A stretch of 64,000 nt of DNA from Podarcis gaigeae. Taxonomy: Eukaryota. The DNA is taken from assembly GCA_964106915.2 (NCBI GenBank), contig OZ066914.1, one strand, 5' to 3'. The notes beneath the pieces were generated by a model. That model saw only the letters and a program-made list of their open reading frames with translations, was not told the origin of the DNA and made no database searches. The translations under genes were made by a program, and so were the position numbers. Positions 11,345 to 24,753 of the stretch are shown here, in pieces; within the stretch, counting starts at the first letter, position 1; every line of letters starts with the position of its first letter.

Positions 11345-12480
11345 CTGGGTAGGTGCAAACAAGGCCACATACTGTACACCTCCACAGCCAACAGGCTGAG
11401 CAGCCATGTGGGCAAATGAGGGAGAGGATCGTGAAGGCAAGTTAGAAGGCAGAAGCCCACTAGGGCACCAAAGAGAACCAAAGGAGTACAAATGTTTTTC
11501 GTTATCGTTCAGCTGCATCATCTTTGCTAATTTCAAGGGAAATCTGGCAATGAAAGAACACAGCTGTAACTGTAATGGCTATCAAATCAGAAAATTATTT
11601 CCCCCTATTTAGCTCACAGCTAAATATTTTTCCTGTATGGAGAGTAATGACTTACAAGATGTTTCTTCAATGGCTTTGGGTGGTTGATTACTAGCAAGGA
11701 CACACGTCACTTGCTTGCAAGGGGACTGGAAAGTGAGGCAGCTAGGATGCAGATAGTGGAGATAAAATTCCTCTGAGTATCTCTGCAACTGGCTGGTGGG
11801 TTTTCAAGGCCTCCTATTTGCTTTTGGGAAACGGAAGCTGGTTTAAAGGCTTGCTCTAGCTGTCTGGGTGTTTGTCTCCTTCCTCCACAGTCAGTTGGTG
11901 TATTTGTAAATAAACACATAGTTCAGAAATCGACAATCACCTCCAGCATTCTCTCCCTTCTAAAGAATACGATACTACAGCAGCTGTCCCTGGAACTTTC
12001 TACTGTTTGGGGAAATGGGAAACAGTATGTGTAGCCTAAATTGAAAACAGATGTGGGGTTGCTGTTAAGTCCTCTGTGATTCATAATGTAGCGAGGACTT
12101 CTCCATAGAATAATATCCAGGCAGTGAAATTGTGGAACAGCAATAGGAACTTGGCACAGGTTCCCACTTTGCTTCTTTTTCACTCATGCATTCATACCTG
12201 AGTATGAAGCCCATGTGGTCAAAAAAGATAAAAGGAAATTAGTGGTTGCTGGTGTGAATGAAAGAAGCTTCAGACTTCGACCTCAAGATCCACCTCTGAT
12301 CCACCTAAGGTCTTCCACTTAGGTGGCTGAAAAGAGAAGACTTAGTAGCCTCTAGCTTACACGCCTTTGGAAGGGGATTACATGGAGGATAAGTTTGTCG
12401 TTGGCTACTAGTCATGATGGCTGTATGCTACATCCAGGATCAGAGGCAAGCATGAGTATCTGTTTCTGGGGAATGACAGC

Positions 12481-12736
12481 AGGAGGAGGAGGAGGAGGAG
12501 TTTGGATTTGATATCCCGCTTTATCACTACCCAAAGGAGTCTCAAAGCGGCTAACATTCTCCTTTCCCTTTCTCCCCCACAACAAACACTCTGTGAGGTG
12601 AGCGGGGCTGAGAGACTTCAGAGAAGTGTGACTGGCCCAAGGTCACCCAGCAGCTGCATGTGGAGGAGCGGAGACGCGAACCCGGTTCACCAGATTACGA
12701 GACTACCGCTCTTAACCACTACACCACACTGGCTCT
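12481..12736 (-). mobile_element. tRNA-derived SINE (Squam3/MIR-like), near full length, (CCT)n tail
   Basis: minus strand AGAGCCAGTGTGGTGTAGTGGTTAAGAG A box, CCGGGTTCGCGTCTCC B box, GTGACCTTGGGCCAGTCAC core motif. Confidence 0.85.
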
Positions 12737-13493
12737 CGAGAGGGCTATCACGCTCAGAAGCTTGTGGTTGGTCACAGAATGTTGGACAAGATAGGCCTTT
12801 GTTGGATCCTGCAGGGCTCTTCTTATGGTTCTCATGAATGGTTGAGGAAATGTTATACATTCTATTCTACAGCCAGGTTCAAAGAGCAGCTTAAGCTCAC
12901 ACTTTTGCTAGTCTGGATTTATTTTGTCCTCTTCTTCTTCTTTGAATTGCCAACCACTAAAGGCACATCACAAATTACTTTTAAAGCTCTCTTCCGTTTC
13001 AAAAGCAATTTGCCATGTGCTGCTGCATGAGGAAAAAGTACTTTTTAATGAAATACTATCAGGCTCATGGAACTAGTCTCACGCATCTTTGCATAGGATA
13101 GCTGACATTATTCAATCATAGCTGACCATTCCAAGATATTTTAGAGGCCCATGTTAGATCAACAGAACTGTAATGGATTTTTGAGCCTGAGTTCAGAATC
13201 TGCATGCGCTTTTATGAATGAAAATTGTAAGTTGTCCTTTATTGGGCAACTGGTTTGAAACAAGTTCATTAAACATCTCTTAAACCTAGAGCCTTGTGGG
13301 GAGCATTCTGCTTACGTTAGACTGGGGTACCATCACTGGCCGAAATCTGCATATCATGAAATTCTACCTTTTTATTGTATAGGAGTAAACTACACAGGAG
13401 GTGTAAAATTTAATAAAATAATTTCTGAAATAAAAGAAAATGCTGAAGAGAAGGTGGGGAAAAGAAAGAAAAGCAAAAGCAAAATGAACTTAC

Positions 13494-13547
13494 CACGCTG
13501 CGAGTGAACTTTTCTAGAGAAGTTCTACGACCTTGCTCATTCTCGGG
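13494..13547 (-). CDS. RGS6: RGS6 54-nt cassette exon PENEQGRRTSLEKFTRSV
   Basis: taaag| acceptor after a long pyrimidine tract, |gtaagt donor, phase 0-0; matches recalled human PESEQGRRTSLEKFTRSV. Confidence 0.94.
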
Positions 13548-13874
13548 CTTTAGAAGGGGAAAAAAAAGTTAGGAAGGAAAAACTACTGAAAAAGAAAAGA
13601 AAAGAAAAGAAAAAGAATCCCTTCAGCTTAAATTTTGATCTAAAAACATTAGCAAAAGAAAAGAAGAAAGATAAAACATCTCAAAACATGGCAGCTACAA
13701 TTTGCAAGAGCAAAGCAACTAACTTTTGTATTGTAATATTCTGGTAACTTCTCCCATTGGGAAGTATCTTGTGTTCCGTGCTTAAAATGCGGCTCTGGAG
13801 GTAGCTCTAGTCCAAACTTACATAGCTCAAGAGAAAGATACGTAATGATGCATTCTGCATCTGTCTTTTCAATA

Positions 13875-13877
<3 letters not shown>

Positions 13878-13910
<33 letters not shown>
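13878..13910 (+). repeat. (AATC)n microsatellite
   Basis: about 8 units. Confidence 0.9.
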
Positions 13911-16497
13911 CCTGAGCTTTCCCTTCTGTGGTTCAGGATAGAGCCTAAACTTTCCCAATCAGCACACGATGGTCTCCTACCATTCAGGATAGGCTAATTG
14001 GTTTTATAAAATGAACCAATATGGTACTAAAACCAGTCATTGCCCCTATCCAACATGGAGCCACCCATGGAAATACGCTTGCTCTCCTCACCCCTGTATG
14101 TTGGATGTGTCTTTTAATTTGAATGGTGATGCATTGCCTTATGGGGCCATGAACCACTTGTGACTGGATCAGGGCCAGTATCATTCAAGACTGACCTACT
14201 TATAGCTTTATTATCCTGTTGTATAGCTCTACACAGGTGAGACGCAACATATACAATGGCTATAGCACAGTGGTTTAGACTGTGCTATGAGGAACCCTAG
14301 GGTTCCTTGTAGGTTTATCAGGAATCTCTTAAGTGAGAAGGACAGTAATGGCAGGCAAGTTTCCATAATAAACAGGACTGTCCACCACCAATTTATTTTA
14401 TCCTAAAATATGCAGATGCAAGAGAGCAAGGATGAGACCAGGGCCAACCCTGCCATTAGACAGCAAATGTAGTGGATGGAGAGCAGCAGCAAGATGTTGG
14501 GAGACAGAGCTGGCTTGCGCTGCTGCCCTCAGGTGTGTTGGGTTGAAGTCATCCCATTGCCATTGTTGGTAGAAAGTCTCAGCCACCAGGATTGGCCAGC
14601 TTCTGTACATGGCTTTGGGGGCAGGGGGAGGCACCAAGGTGAAACTATGATGTGGTGGTGGTTGTTGTTGAAAAAACAAATTAATTATCTGCTAGAGCAT
14701 ATAAATAATATAATTTCATCATAACAAGAAAGCCACCAACATTTTGGGTATGTGGCTGTTCTCCAAAGTAATGTGATTCATTTGGCATAGGACAAATCCT
14801 AGGAACTATGAAAGAAGAGGTAATTTTGCTAGCAAGCCTGCCATTTTGTTGAATAAAGGGATTAAATGGTGGTGGTGGGGAACAATCAGCACATCATCGG
14901 GGGGGGGGGGACTACCCTACCTCCAGTTCACTTGTGGTTGGGAAGTAACAGAGACATGTGATTATGAATGTGTTTGGTGGTTTTATTAAATCTGCACTTT
15001 CTTCTAAAATGAAGTGTCAAGAAATCAGAGAAAAAGAGCAGACCTGCCACCCTTCTAAGCAAAGGAAGAAAGGGAAATCCTTTCTAGCAAAAGGACACTT
15101 TTGCTGAAGGGAGTTAGGAACATTGGGAAGTTATCTAAAGAGCAGGGCTTTGCACAATGGTACTAAACAATCTGCTTTGCAAGTGAATGTTTCTGTAATG
15201 GAAAACTTCCTGTCAGATGGTGCTGCATGGGGGCATGGAAGGGAGAAGAGTGATGGCAAAGGGTCAAGTTCTTTGGAGAACTTTCAGCACAACCAATTCT
15301 ACTCCTCTGGAATACAAAAGAAAGAATCAGTGCTTGTGACTTACAGATCAGATCTACGAGCAGATGGAAGAGAAGTGAAAGCGGGTGATAAAAGATTGCT
15401 TCAAGAATCTGCCTAGAATAGGGATGAGGAAGCTCTGGCCCTCCAGATGGTGGCTGGGGCTGATGGATTCAATACTAGTCTGTAGGAGCAGGCAAGGGAG
15501 TATCTGGTGAACTCTTTATGTCAGGGATGGGAAACCTTTGGCCCTAAAGACGTTGTTGGACTATAACTCCCAACATCCCTGACCCTTGGCCATACTGACT
15601 GAGGAAGACAGGAGCTGGAATCCAATGACATCTCAAAAGGTCAGAGGTTTGCTATGCCTGGAGTGCAGGGATTAATCAGATACTAGGCATTAACATATAG
15701 CCAGCCGTACAAACAGGAAGAAACACATCTTTCAGGTCAAAACATATCATAAGAAGCAAGGAGAAAAAATGGGAACTGCTGTCAACACCAGCAAAACTTA
15801 TGAGCACAAGAAAAAATTAAGATGCTTCAGTATAAAGGCTTCTTGGGGCTGTGCTACACAGGAAGCAGCCTGACCATTTAAGAGGAGTATCATCTGGCTA
15901 TGCTGGGGATTGAACCCGGGACATTGTGTCTGCTGCTATGCAGACGCTCCACCCCTGAACTAAGGCCTTTCCTTCAACTTCTTTTCATCTGGTTCTGGTA
16001 GTTTTCCATGTACACCAAAATAGAATCTTAATGGCAAAATCTCTGGTGCTTGAGATTAAATGCTCAATTAAAGAATGCATTGAGATGACCTTTGCACTGG
16101 TAGTTTAGCACAGCAATTATTAGAAAAGATGTCTGTAAATAAAATATTTTAGGCCTCGGTGTGAGGAATTGAACTCTGAACCTTTTCTGAATGGTCTTCA
16201 AATTGCCTTGCATTCAGCATCAAAGAGTAGAGCAAGACCTTTTTTTTAAAGAAAAGAAAAGCTTCTTCTTTGCAAGTGGGACCTCTAGGTATCCATAATT
16301 AAGAAAAGCTGAGGTTTGGGATCAGAGAATCTTAAAATATACAGATTTTCTTCCGGGGCTTTTTGTAGTGTCTTGCTTTGGGAGACTAAAGGAGTTCCAT
16401 TTCCTATTTTAACACTTGTTGCAAAACACCGGTTCAGAAAGACCCTGTATCTGAAAGCAGGGCCCTGAAAGTGCAGCCCATGGCCTTGTGGATGATG

Positions 16498-17103
16498 CAT
16501 AGCTGTCAAGTATCCCTTATTTGAAGGCACAATTCCTTATTCCAGCGCCATGTCCCGCTGCTGTCCCTTATTGATGGATGTCCCTTGAATGTCCCTTAAA
16601 TGATGTCCCTTAAATTTCAAAGGAAGCAGCTCCTCTCCCTCTCTCTCTGCTGGCCAGGGAGGAGGGAGGTTCCAACTGTGTTGCTTGGCTGCGTTGCTCA
16701 CCCAATAAGAAGTCTAAGAACGACTGGGGGGTGGAGCTTGCATGCCTTGTGTGTGGCTAGTTAATGCAAGCTGAGGGGTTTTTTGAATGCTGGACGCCAT
16801 TTTGTTGCACATGCTGCTGCAAACTTTGCAGTGCAAAGCCAGGCCAGGGAGCCATCTTAAGTTGAGGATGCATAGGCCTTGTGGTGCATGTGATTCAGGT
16901 TCTATTCAGTTGAACCTCTGGTTACAAAGTTGGTTGGACAGTGTTCTCAAAGCTACCAGCATGAGTTTGACCAGACTGCAGGAGGACAGGAAGACTGGAG
17001 TGCCTGGAACAGGTGAGGCTGCTGGTCCCTTATTTTGGCTGCTGGTCCCTTATTTTCAAGGCTTCTGGTCCCTTATTTTCAAATCTGTAAGTTGACAGCT
17101 ATG
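16498..17103. mobile_element. non-autonomous hAT (Tip100-like) DNA transposon
   Basis: TIR catagctgtcaa / ttgacagctatg; perfect 8-bp TSD ggatgatg at 16490-16497 and 17104-17111; repeated gtcccttatt subterminal motifs. Confidence 0.88.
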
Positions 17104-17211
17104 GGATGATGTGCACAGCTCAAGTTGCACAATGATGCTTATCTGCGTCCTGATGAACCGAAGGGATGTCTCTTGGCCTTCTTATTTGGGGCCAACATAG
17201 CACAGTGGGGA

Positions 17212-17385
17212 GGGGCTATCGTTCAGTGGTAGAGCACATGCTTTGAATTAAGAAAGGCTCGGGTTCAGTCCTTGGCATCTCCAGGAAGGCCTTGGAAAGA
17301 CTCCTGCCTGAATCTCTAAACTGCTGCCCGTCAGTGAGGATAACACCGAGTTGGATGGCCTGATTGCGCATTAGGCAGCTTCGTA
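17212..17385 (+). mobile_element. old tRNA-derived SINE
   Basis: ggggctatcgttcagtggtagagc A box, gggttcagtcc B box; related decayed copies near 23795, 24243-24400, 38630-38725, 42480-42560. Confidence 0.65.
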
Positions 17386-19546
17386 AGTATAGATTTTGGG
17401 AAATTAATAGAATTGCATTAAACCACAGCTGGTTCTAGATCCCTAATGGGTTGCATCCAATGGTGTTTAATAGGAGATGATGAAACTGGAGATTTCCAAA
17501 GTAAGGAGGGAGCTTATTTTGGCTAATTCCCTCTTCTCCCTGCAGCATCTTGTGCCACCTCCCATGCTTGTTCCAAAGCGTCCCGCAAACAGGGATGTGG
17601 GTTTTCTGGGAAAGTTGTCTGGAAAACCTTCCTATGCAGATGAGGGTAATTTGCATCAGAAAATGTTCATTGGGAAATGTTCAGGTTGCAACAGAATACT
17701 GTATGATGCCCCAGAGAGCTATTTAATGTAGTTAGTTTATTTTACAGGTATTTAGTAAACAAAGTTAAAAACCTAACTAATGTTTATTTGCACTTTGCAT
17801 TAATCCATTGTTATGAATGAATGTATAAAATTGAATTTTCTGCAAAACCAAAAACCCCTCTGCCCCACAACACTGCTCCTAACCACCTGGAGCAGATTTT
17901 TTTTGGGGGGGGGTGTGCACAGTCTGCAGCGGGAGAGGGAAGTGGTGAAAATTGTTTTCCTTCCTCTTGTGCTGACCAAAGCCTCTGCTGCGTCAAATAA
18001 CCTTCCATCAGTTCAAGAGGGAACAGCAATGAATACAACCTATTATATGCCTTTTCTTGTGCTGAAAGAGATTGAGACCAAATCAGTTCAGAGCCTATGT
18101 AATGATGAAGCAAAGGGTGTGTGCTCTGACATTTCCAGTTCAAACTGAGACACAGAATTATTAGCTTGCATTAGGCAAACAGTGGGTTTCCTCACCAGCA
18201 TCTCCTCTTTCCATCTGCAGCATGGGAACAATAATTCTGGCCTACCTTACCAGGTTCTTGTGAGGATGGCTGAAATATTGCACATCAAGCATTCTGAAAA
18301 CGGACAGGTACTATAGACATAAGCCTTGCTTAGGCATTATGCCTGAACAGGAAATGCCAATACAAGGGACATGTAGGCAGGGCAATTCCCCAATGTCCTG
18401 CCCTACCCCAACCTTCCTAAACTGAGCAGGAAAGTCTGGAGGGGGTTTCCAGGCATGCTAGACTAAATATGTTTTTAGACGCCTTCCTGCAATCAGGAAG
18501 CCCCTCTGCTATCAGAGTGCTTGTTCATGAAAAGGACTCCGAGTGCATTGTGGGAAGGTTGTGGGCGGAGTAAGTGGAGCTGATGCATGTGGGGGCCTTA
18601 GGGGTGGGGTGAACATGCAAGCTCCCACACCTCCCTGCTCATGTTGACATTCCCTGCTAAGCCATCACACCTGAGCGCGGCTATGCTGAGGCTGCAATCC
18701 TAAACACACTTCCTAGAACATAGGGGAACGTAAATTCCACATAAGTATGCATAGCACTGCACTGCAAGTATGACAAATAGATTGACACAGATCAAAAAAA
18801 GGATAGGTGTGCATTTTGTGATCAACAGTATTCCTGCCTGACGAAGTATGCTCAGATGATAACTTGTGGGTGACTAGATCTTTGTTGCTTGGTTGAGTCC
18901 ACTAAAAGTGAACATTCTGGGGGCAGTTTCGTAAACCTTGATGAATTTAATTGGAGCGTTCTGTGTGTCCCTCTTAAAGCAGGGAGAATAATTACAAACC
19001 TAACCGTTCTGTCTGTGGCAGCATGTTAACATAAGTTCTGTAAATGCAGAATTCAGCACATACAAATATGCAGGGGCTGGCTTATGCAGTTTTCAAACAT
19101 GCAAAAACAAAAAAAAGGGTTGTGGGGGGAGGGCAGTTGCCACAAGAGAACAAATCAACCCATTGTTGTAGCAAAGAGTTGGGCATAGCTATGTAAAGTA
19201 AAAAAGCTTTGATAAGGAAAGCGCTCATTCCAGTTAGCTGCAAGGGGATGAGAAAATGTGGGTCCACAAGTTTACTGTATCTGCATTCTTTCCCCTGGCT
19301 TTGCTTTAACCACACAACATGATTGTTCCTCCTCCAACCCCCAAATATCTAGTTCTTCGAATACAAGACCTAGTGCCAGGATGTGTCATTCCTGCAGGGG
19401 ATTTCACATCCAAGTCATTTTGCTGCAGAGCAACAAATGAACTCCCCCCCCCCCCGCCCCAAGTTAAGGTGCACAGGACTCCAGAGGCTGGCCAAGTTAT
19501 TTTGGCGCCTGATGCAGAAAACCTCACAACTTCTCTCTCCTATTAA

Positions 19547-19771
19547 GTAAAGGTAAAGGGACCCCTGACCATTCAGTCCAGTCTTGACCGACTCTAGGGT
19601 TGCGGCGCTCATCTTCCTTTATTGGCCGAGGGAGCTGACGTACAGCTTCCGGGTCATGTGGCCAGTATGACTAAACCGTTTCTGGCGAACCAGAGCAGCG
19701 CACGAAAACGCCGTTTACCTTCCCGCCAGAGTGGTACCTATTTATCTACTTGCACTTTGACGTGCTTTCGT
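19547..19771 (-). mobile_element. 5'-truncated Sauria SINE
   Basis: reverse complement of the 3' two-thirds of the 5034 and 21057 copies, with tail gtaaaggtaaaggg. Confidence 0.9.
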
Positions 19772-20714
19772 ACTACCTGGCATTAAAACACAACAATAAA
19801 AGCTATTTTATTTACCCATTTTCTGCCTTTTCAGGACAACCAAATTCAACTGCTGGAGGCAGCCACCCCATTCAGCTTGATGGTAGGCTGCATATGCACC
19901 ATATATTTAAAGTACATGACTCCTCCCCCCAGCCGAATCTTGGGAACTGTAGTTTCTTAGCAGTGCTGAGAATTGTAATTCTGTACTTGAAATGCCAGGA
20001 GTTGAAGACTGGGAAAAACATCACCTAGCAGAAGGAGGAACAGTAGGATACCACCCTGGGGTAAACATTTTGAATACTTTAAAGAACTCTTGTATGTACA
20101 ATTGACAGATGGATAGTTGGAAGTCCTTTTTATTTATTTTTCTTTTTTCTCTTTTTCCTGATCTTCCTTTTTTATTCTTGTATTGCTTTCTCATTCCTGT
20201 ATTACTTTTTTGCTTTCCTTTTTACTTTGCTCTTGCTTCTGTTTTGTTCTAGTTGTTGCTGTTGTTGTTCTCTGGGCCAATGAGGGGATTCGATGCTGGT
20301 GAAGGACCCTGTGTGAGAGGCAGGGAAGCTCTTCCAGAGCGGGAGGGGAAGAGAAAGGGGAGCTCCCAGGTAAGAGATGGGAGGGTCCAACTCTTTCTTT
20401 GTGAAACAAGGGTTAAAAATCTACCCATGAGAGAGGACTTTGTATTTTTCTCTTCTTCTTTTTGTTTTTGTTTAGATTAGTTTGTTTTTTATTGTAATGT
20501 ATTATGAAAAGTCTTAATACAATCTTTTTATATATATAAAAAGAACTGTAGTTCTGTGAAAATGAACTACAGCTCCCAGGATTGTTTGGGGAAAGCCATG
20601 TGCTTTAAATGTATGGTGTGGATGCAGCCTTAGACCTAGGTTACAACAGCAATGAAACCCCCAGCATGGGGCTAACATAAAACATAAAATTTAGCTGATA
20701 CTAACAAACATTCA

Positions 20715-21044
20715 GGGATGCGGGTGGCGCTGTGGGTAAAACCTCAGCGCCTAGGACTTGCCGATCGTATGGTCGGCGGTTCGAATCCCCGCGGCGGGGT
20801 GAGCTCCCGTCGCTCGGTCCCAGCTCCTGCCCACCTAGCAGTTCGAAAGCACTCTTAAGTGCAAGTAGATAGGTACCGCTTTATAGCGGGAAGGTAAACG
20901 GCGTTTCCATGTGCTGTGCTGGTGCAGGCTCGCCAGAGCAGCTTCGTCACGCTGACCCAGAAGTGTCTCCGGACAGCGCTGGCCCCCGGCCTCTTAAGTG
21001 AGATGGGAGTACAACCCTACGGGCAGGGGTACCTTTACCTTTAC
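20715..21044 (+). mobile_element. Sauria SINE (second subfamily, small internal deletions)
   Basis: head gggatgcgggtggcgctgtggg, diagnostic gtgtctccggacagcgctggcccc, ACCTTT tail. Confidence 0.92.
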
Positions 21045-21056
21045 CAAACATTCAAA

Positions 21057-21411
21057 GGGACGCGGGTGGCGCTGTGGGTTAAACCACTGAGCCTAGGACC
21101 AGAAGGATCAGAAGGTCGGAGGTTCGAATCTCCGCAACGGGGCGAGCTCCCGTTGCTCAGTCCCTGTTCCTGCCAACCTAGCAGTTCGAAAGCATGTCAA
21201 AGTGCAAGTAGATAAATAGGTACCCCTCTGGCGGGAAGGTAAACGGCGTTTCCGTGCACTGCTCTGGTTCGCCAGAAGCGGCTTGGTCATGCTGGCCACA
21301 TGACCCGGAAGCTGTACGTCAGCTCCCTCGGCCAATAAAGCGAGATGAGTGCCGCAACCCCAGAGTCCGCGACTGGATCTAATGGTCAGGGGTCCCTTTA
21401 CCTTTACCTTT
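21057..21411 (+). mobile_element. full-length Sauria SINE in tandem with the previous copy
   Basis: gggacgcgggtggcgctg head, ACCTTT tail, flanked by caaacattca repeats. Confidence 0.93.
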
Positions 21412-21611
21412 AACAAACATTCATGTTTAGATAGAGGGATGAAAAATGATATGATCAATGGTTGTTATCATGGGACAATGAAATAGTGTTATATTACCAT
21501 GAAGTTTGAAATAAGAGGTAATGACTATAGTTCTTTGCCTGCTGATGCACACTTTTTCTGGATTAAAACAAGATGTACACTTTACTCTCACTCTTAACAA
21601 TATACATTAGT

Positions 21612-21797
21612 CAGTGGTGTCCAAACATTTTTCAAAGAGGGTCAGATTTGATTAAATGAAGGGCCGTGGGGGACGGCCAAAGGGCCAACCAGCGTTTTTT
21701 AGGATTGACGTTTTTGAGCTTTTTAAGAGTTGGAGCTGGAGTTGTTGTTGACCGGTGGGCCGGATTAGACCCCCGAAATGGACTCTGAACATGCCTG
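21612..21797. mobile_element. decayed hAT/Charlie-like MITE
   Basis: cagtggtgtccaaac start, gaacatgcctg end, cattag in both flanks. Confidence 0.55.
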
Positions 21798-24663
21798 CAT
21801 TAGATGTTTCCCTCATCAACTCTTAGAGAGCAGGGCAGGCATTGCCCTAACAACTGTGGGGTAGCTCAGTTAATGCTGCCTCCCAGTGTTGCAACCAGCC
21901 ATCTTCCTAGTCGGTCAGGACTCAGAGACAGGGTTGTGCCCCTGCGCCTTCCAGCTGAAGAACACTTTGCATCAACACATCCTTATAGCTTTCCTTTGGG
22001 ATGCTTTGCTTTACAGAGCTCACTTTGTTTCCAAAGCTGTCTTGGACTCTTGTTTTTTTAAGCAACTAAACACTTTTTGCTGTCCTTCTGCAGCAGTGAA
22101 GCTTATATACCCTTTCTAGTTTTGAAATTGAAACAGAACTCCAGCAAAGCTTACATCCTCCTGAAACAACCTCTTACAATTCCATTAATTATTTCATTTT
22201 CTTCACAAAACAAAGCAAACAAGCAAACCAACCAACCAACCAACCAACCTTTGGTTACTTGATCCCCTGAAAGCACTTGGGTACAAAACCCTACATCTGA
22301 AAAAAGAAAACCACTACAGGTGATTGATCACCCAGCACCCACAGTTCAGTTATTCAAGAAGGTTACCCCTTCTGGGACCAGACTACTAGAGGAATCTGTG
22401 GCACCAGTTGAAGATCCAGACTAGGACTACATGTATACCTTAAATAAAATCTGATGCTTTGCATCATCTGACAAGATTCCAACAGAAGCAGCAGAACGAT
22501 GCTCATAGGTAGTCACTTTGCACCCTGAAGCATACACTAAAAGGAAGGTGTACTTTAAAGAAGGCCTCTCAAAACAGTAACCCATCAAGTCCACAATCCA
22601 TGTGTGGCAGCAACCCAGCAGTCTGAAGATAATCAAGCAAATAGGACCTTACCATAGTACCTGCATTTTCCCATTTCAACGTATGCCACTAAAACCTGCC
22701 TGAAGTCAATGTCTGGTATAAGAAAACCTCTTATTTGGTCTGTTGCCTCTATACAGCATTCACAATGGCAGACAGCATGGAAAATATGGTTCTGGAAAAT
22801 ACCTGGCGTACTCTTGGAGCTAAGTGAAGGCTGCTTCAGAGTACAACAGTTTTCGCCCAATTGTTCTAACACATTCAATCCAATCTAGTTGTCTCCACAG
22901 TGCATGAGAGGCCGCCGCCACACTAACAGAAGTGCGAAGGCTTTGCTCAGTAACTCCAGCTGTGCTTCTGAGCTCCTGAACAGAGAAGGGACTGCTGGAT
23001 TGTGGGAAATACATTCTAACCATTGAGGGCACATTGGAGCTGCAGTGGAGGCTAACTTTAATTTGGCAGCATATGGAAGCCCCAGCAGGATGGAGACAGC
23101 AAAGAGCAAAGCAATAGGAAACGGCAGGAAACCCAAGCTGCAGAAGCTGGGAAAACTCTGCACAAAGTGTCTTGAAGGTCAAAGGCAAATGAGAGAAGTG
23201 GGGAATTCTCTCAGATGTCTATCCAACATTGTTCTAGGTGGAGGAGCTTCTGAAAGACGTTTAAACACAGCCACAAATGGAGATAAAACTACCTCTGCTC
23301 CCCACCCTTCTTCCTTGCCTGGATAATCAGGTGATTATCAGCGCAACAAGAAACCCTTTGTTTTTTTGACCTGGATGGAAAACATATTGCTGATAATGGG
23401 CATGCAGATGCCAAAAAGGCAGAAAGGAATGGAAAGGTGTGCCGCTTTTGAGGAGTTCCCAGTCTTACTGTAATTAGTTTAAAATTAAATGGAAAAAAGT
23501 GGAAGGGGAGAAACCACATACAGGAAAGTGCAGGTAAAACAGGAGGGGAGGGGAGCCGATAAGAAATCATGACGAAGTCTCCATGCAAGGCATCCCTTAC
23601 AAGAAAAGCTACAAAGCTTGACATAAGACACTAAATGGAAGAGGGTTTTGCGCTACTTCCCAATCATTAGTTACTGCCATGGTTATGAAAAATAAAGAGA
23701 TTCATAGGTAACGTTACACAAGATCGCATATTTGTCCTAAAGGAGTTTAGAATGGGACTTTAATGCCTTATGTTTAGTTTGAGAGATCCTTGTGGAGGAG
23801 CTGTAACTCCACGGTGGATCCCATGCTAGGTCCCAGGGTCAAGCTCCGACACCTCCAGTTAAAGGTCCTCAGGGTCAAACTACACATTACACCTCCTCCT
23901 TAGCATGCAGCTGTGGCCCCAGGTGTCCTCCCCTTATGTAATTGCAGGTGTGCCCCCTCCGCTGGATTGATATTAGAACTGCAACGGGTGGAGAGGGGAG
24001 GCAATGAGAACTTAGTGCCAGTGGGAACTTTTGAACTAATCCCCATTGTGTTGCTCCTAGGGAGGGATGAGCTGAACAGTGCCAGCAACATCAGGGTCCT
24101 CCATGGCTGCAAATAAGGAAAGACAGGGATGTAGCTGCACATTGTGCATCAAGTGTATTTTGTCATTTGACCCTGAGGTAGAAGAGTTGAGAAAGGAGGA
24201 TCGGGCAGACAGCCAGTGTGCTCCACTGATGGTCGAGCCTAGGAAACTGCCTTATACGGAGTCTGACCATTGGTCCATAGTGCTCAGCATTGTCCACAGA
24301 GACTGACAATACACCTCTCTAGAATTTCAGAAAGGGGGTCTTTCCCAGTCCCACTAGGGATTGAACCCTGACCCTTTGGCAATCAAGCCATTTGCCCCTT
24401 CCCAATGACCAGGCTCAGAACTAGGCAGCTTCTAGTTCACATGATCCTTGCAGAGGATGCTCATAGTAGGTCTTCCTCATATTGACTGCTGTTTATAGGG
24501 ATGCCAAACATGGAGCTTCAAGGAGAAAGAAAGAAAGAAAGAAGTGCTTTCAGTCAGCAAGAAGCCCCCCAAATAACTTATTTTTCATGTTCACACAGCA
24601 GCAAGCGGCAGGCAGGAGTCATGAAGTGCTCAGAGATGCAAGCATGTCCTTCCCGACAGATAC

Positions 24664-24753
24664 CTTCTTCTTTGCCAGCAACAAGTCTTGGTAAGCGTTA
24701 GAACGGAGGAAACGTGCATAGCTGTCGCTCTTCATCAGCTTGTAAATGTGCTC
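24664..24753 (-). CDS. RGS6: RGS6 exon (RGS domain end) [30 protein letters not shown]
   Basis: 90 nt, cacag| and |gtatct, phase 0-0; identical to recalled human RGS6. Confidence 0.97.

Noticed and set aside
15345-15412. Possible poison exon (ctag|GCAGATTCTTGA...|gtaagt)
   Set aside because: Splice-like sites exist, but there is no homology support and the acceptor abuts a decayed MITE; indistinguishable from chance.
17145-17170. cctgatgaaccgaaggg as another hammerhead
   Set aside because: No stem II, no GAAA core and no cleavage triplet.
17212-17285. tRNA genes here and at the heads of other SINEs
   Set aside because: A and B boxes are present, but the cloverleaf is degenerate and each continues into a SINE body.
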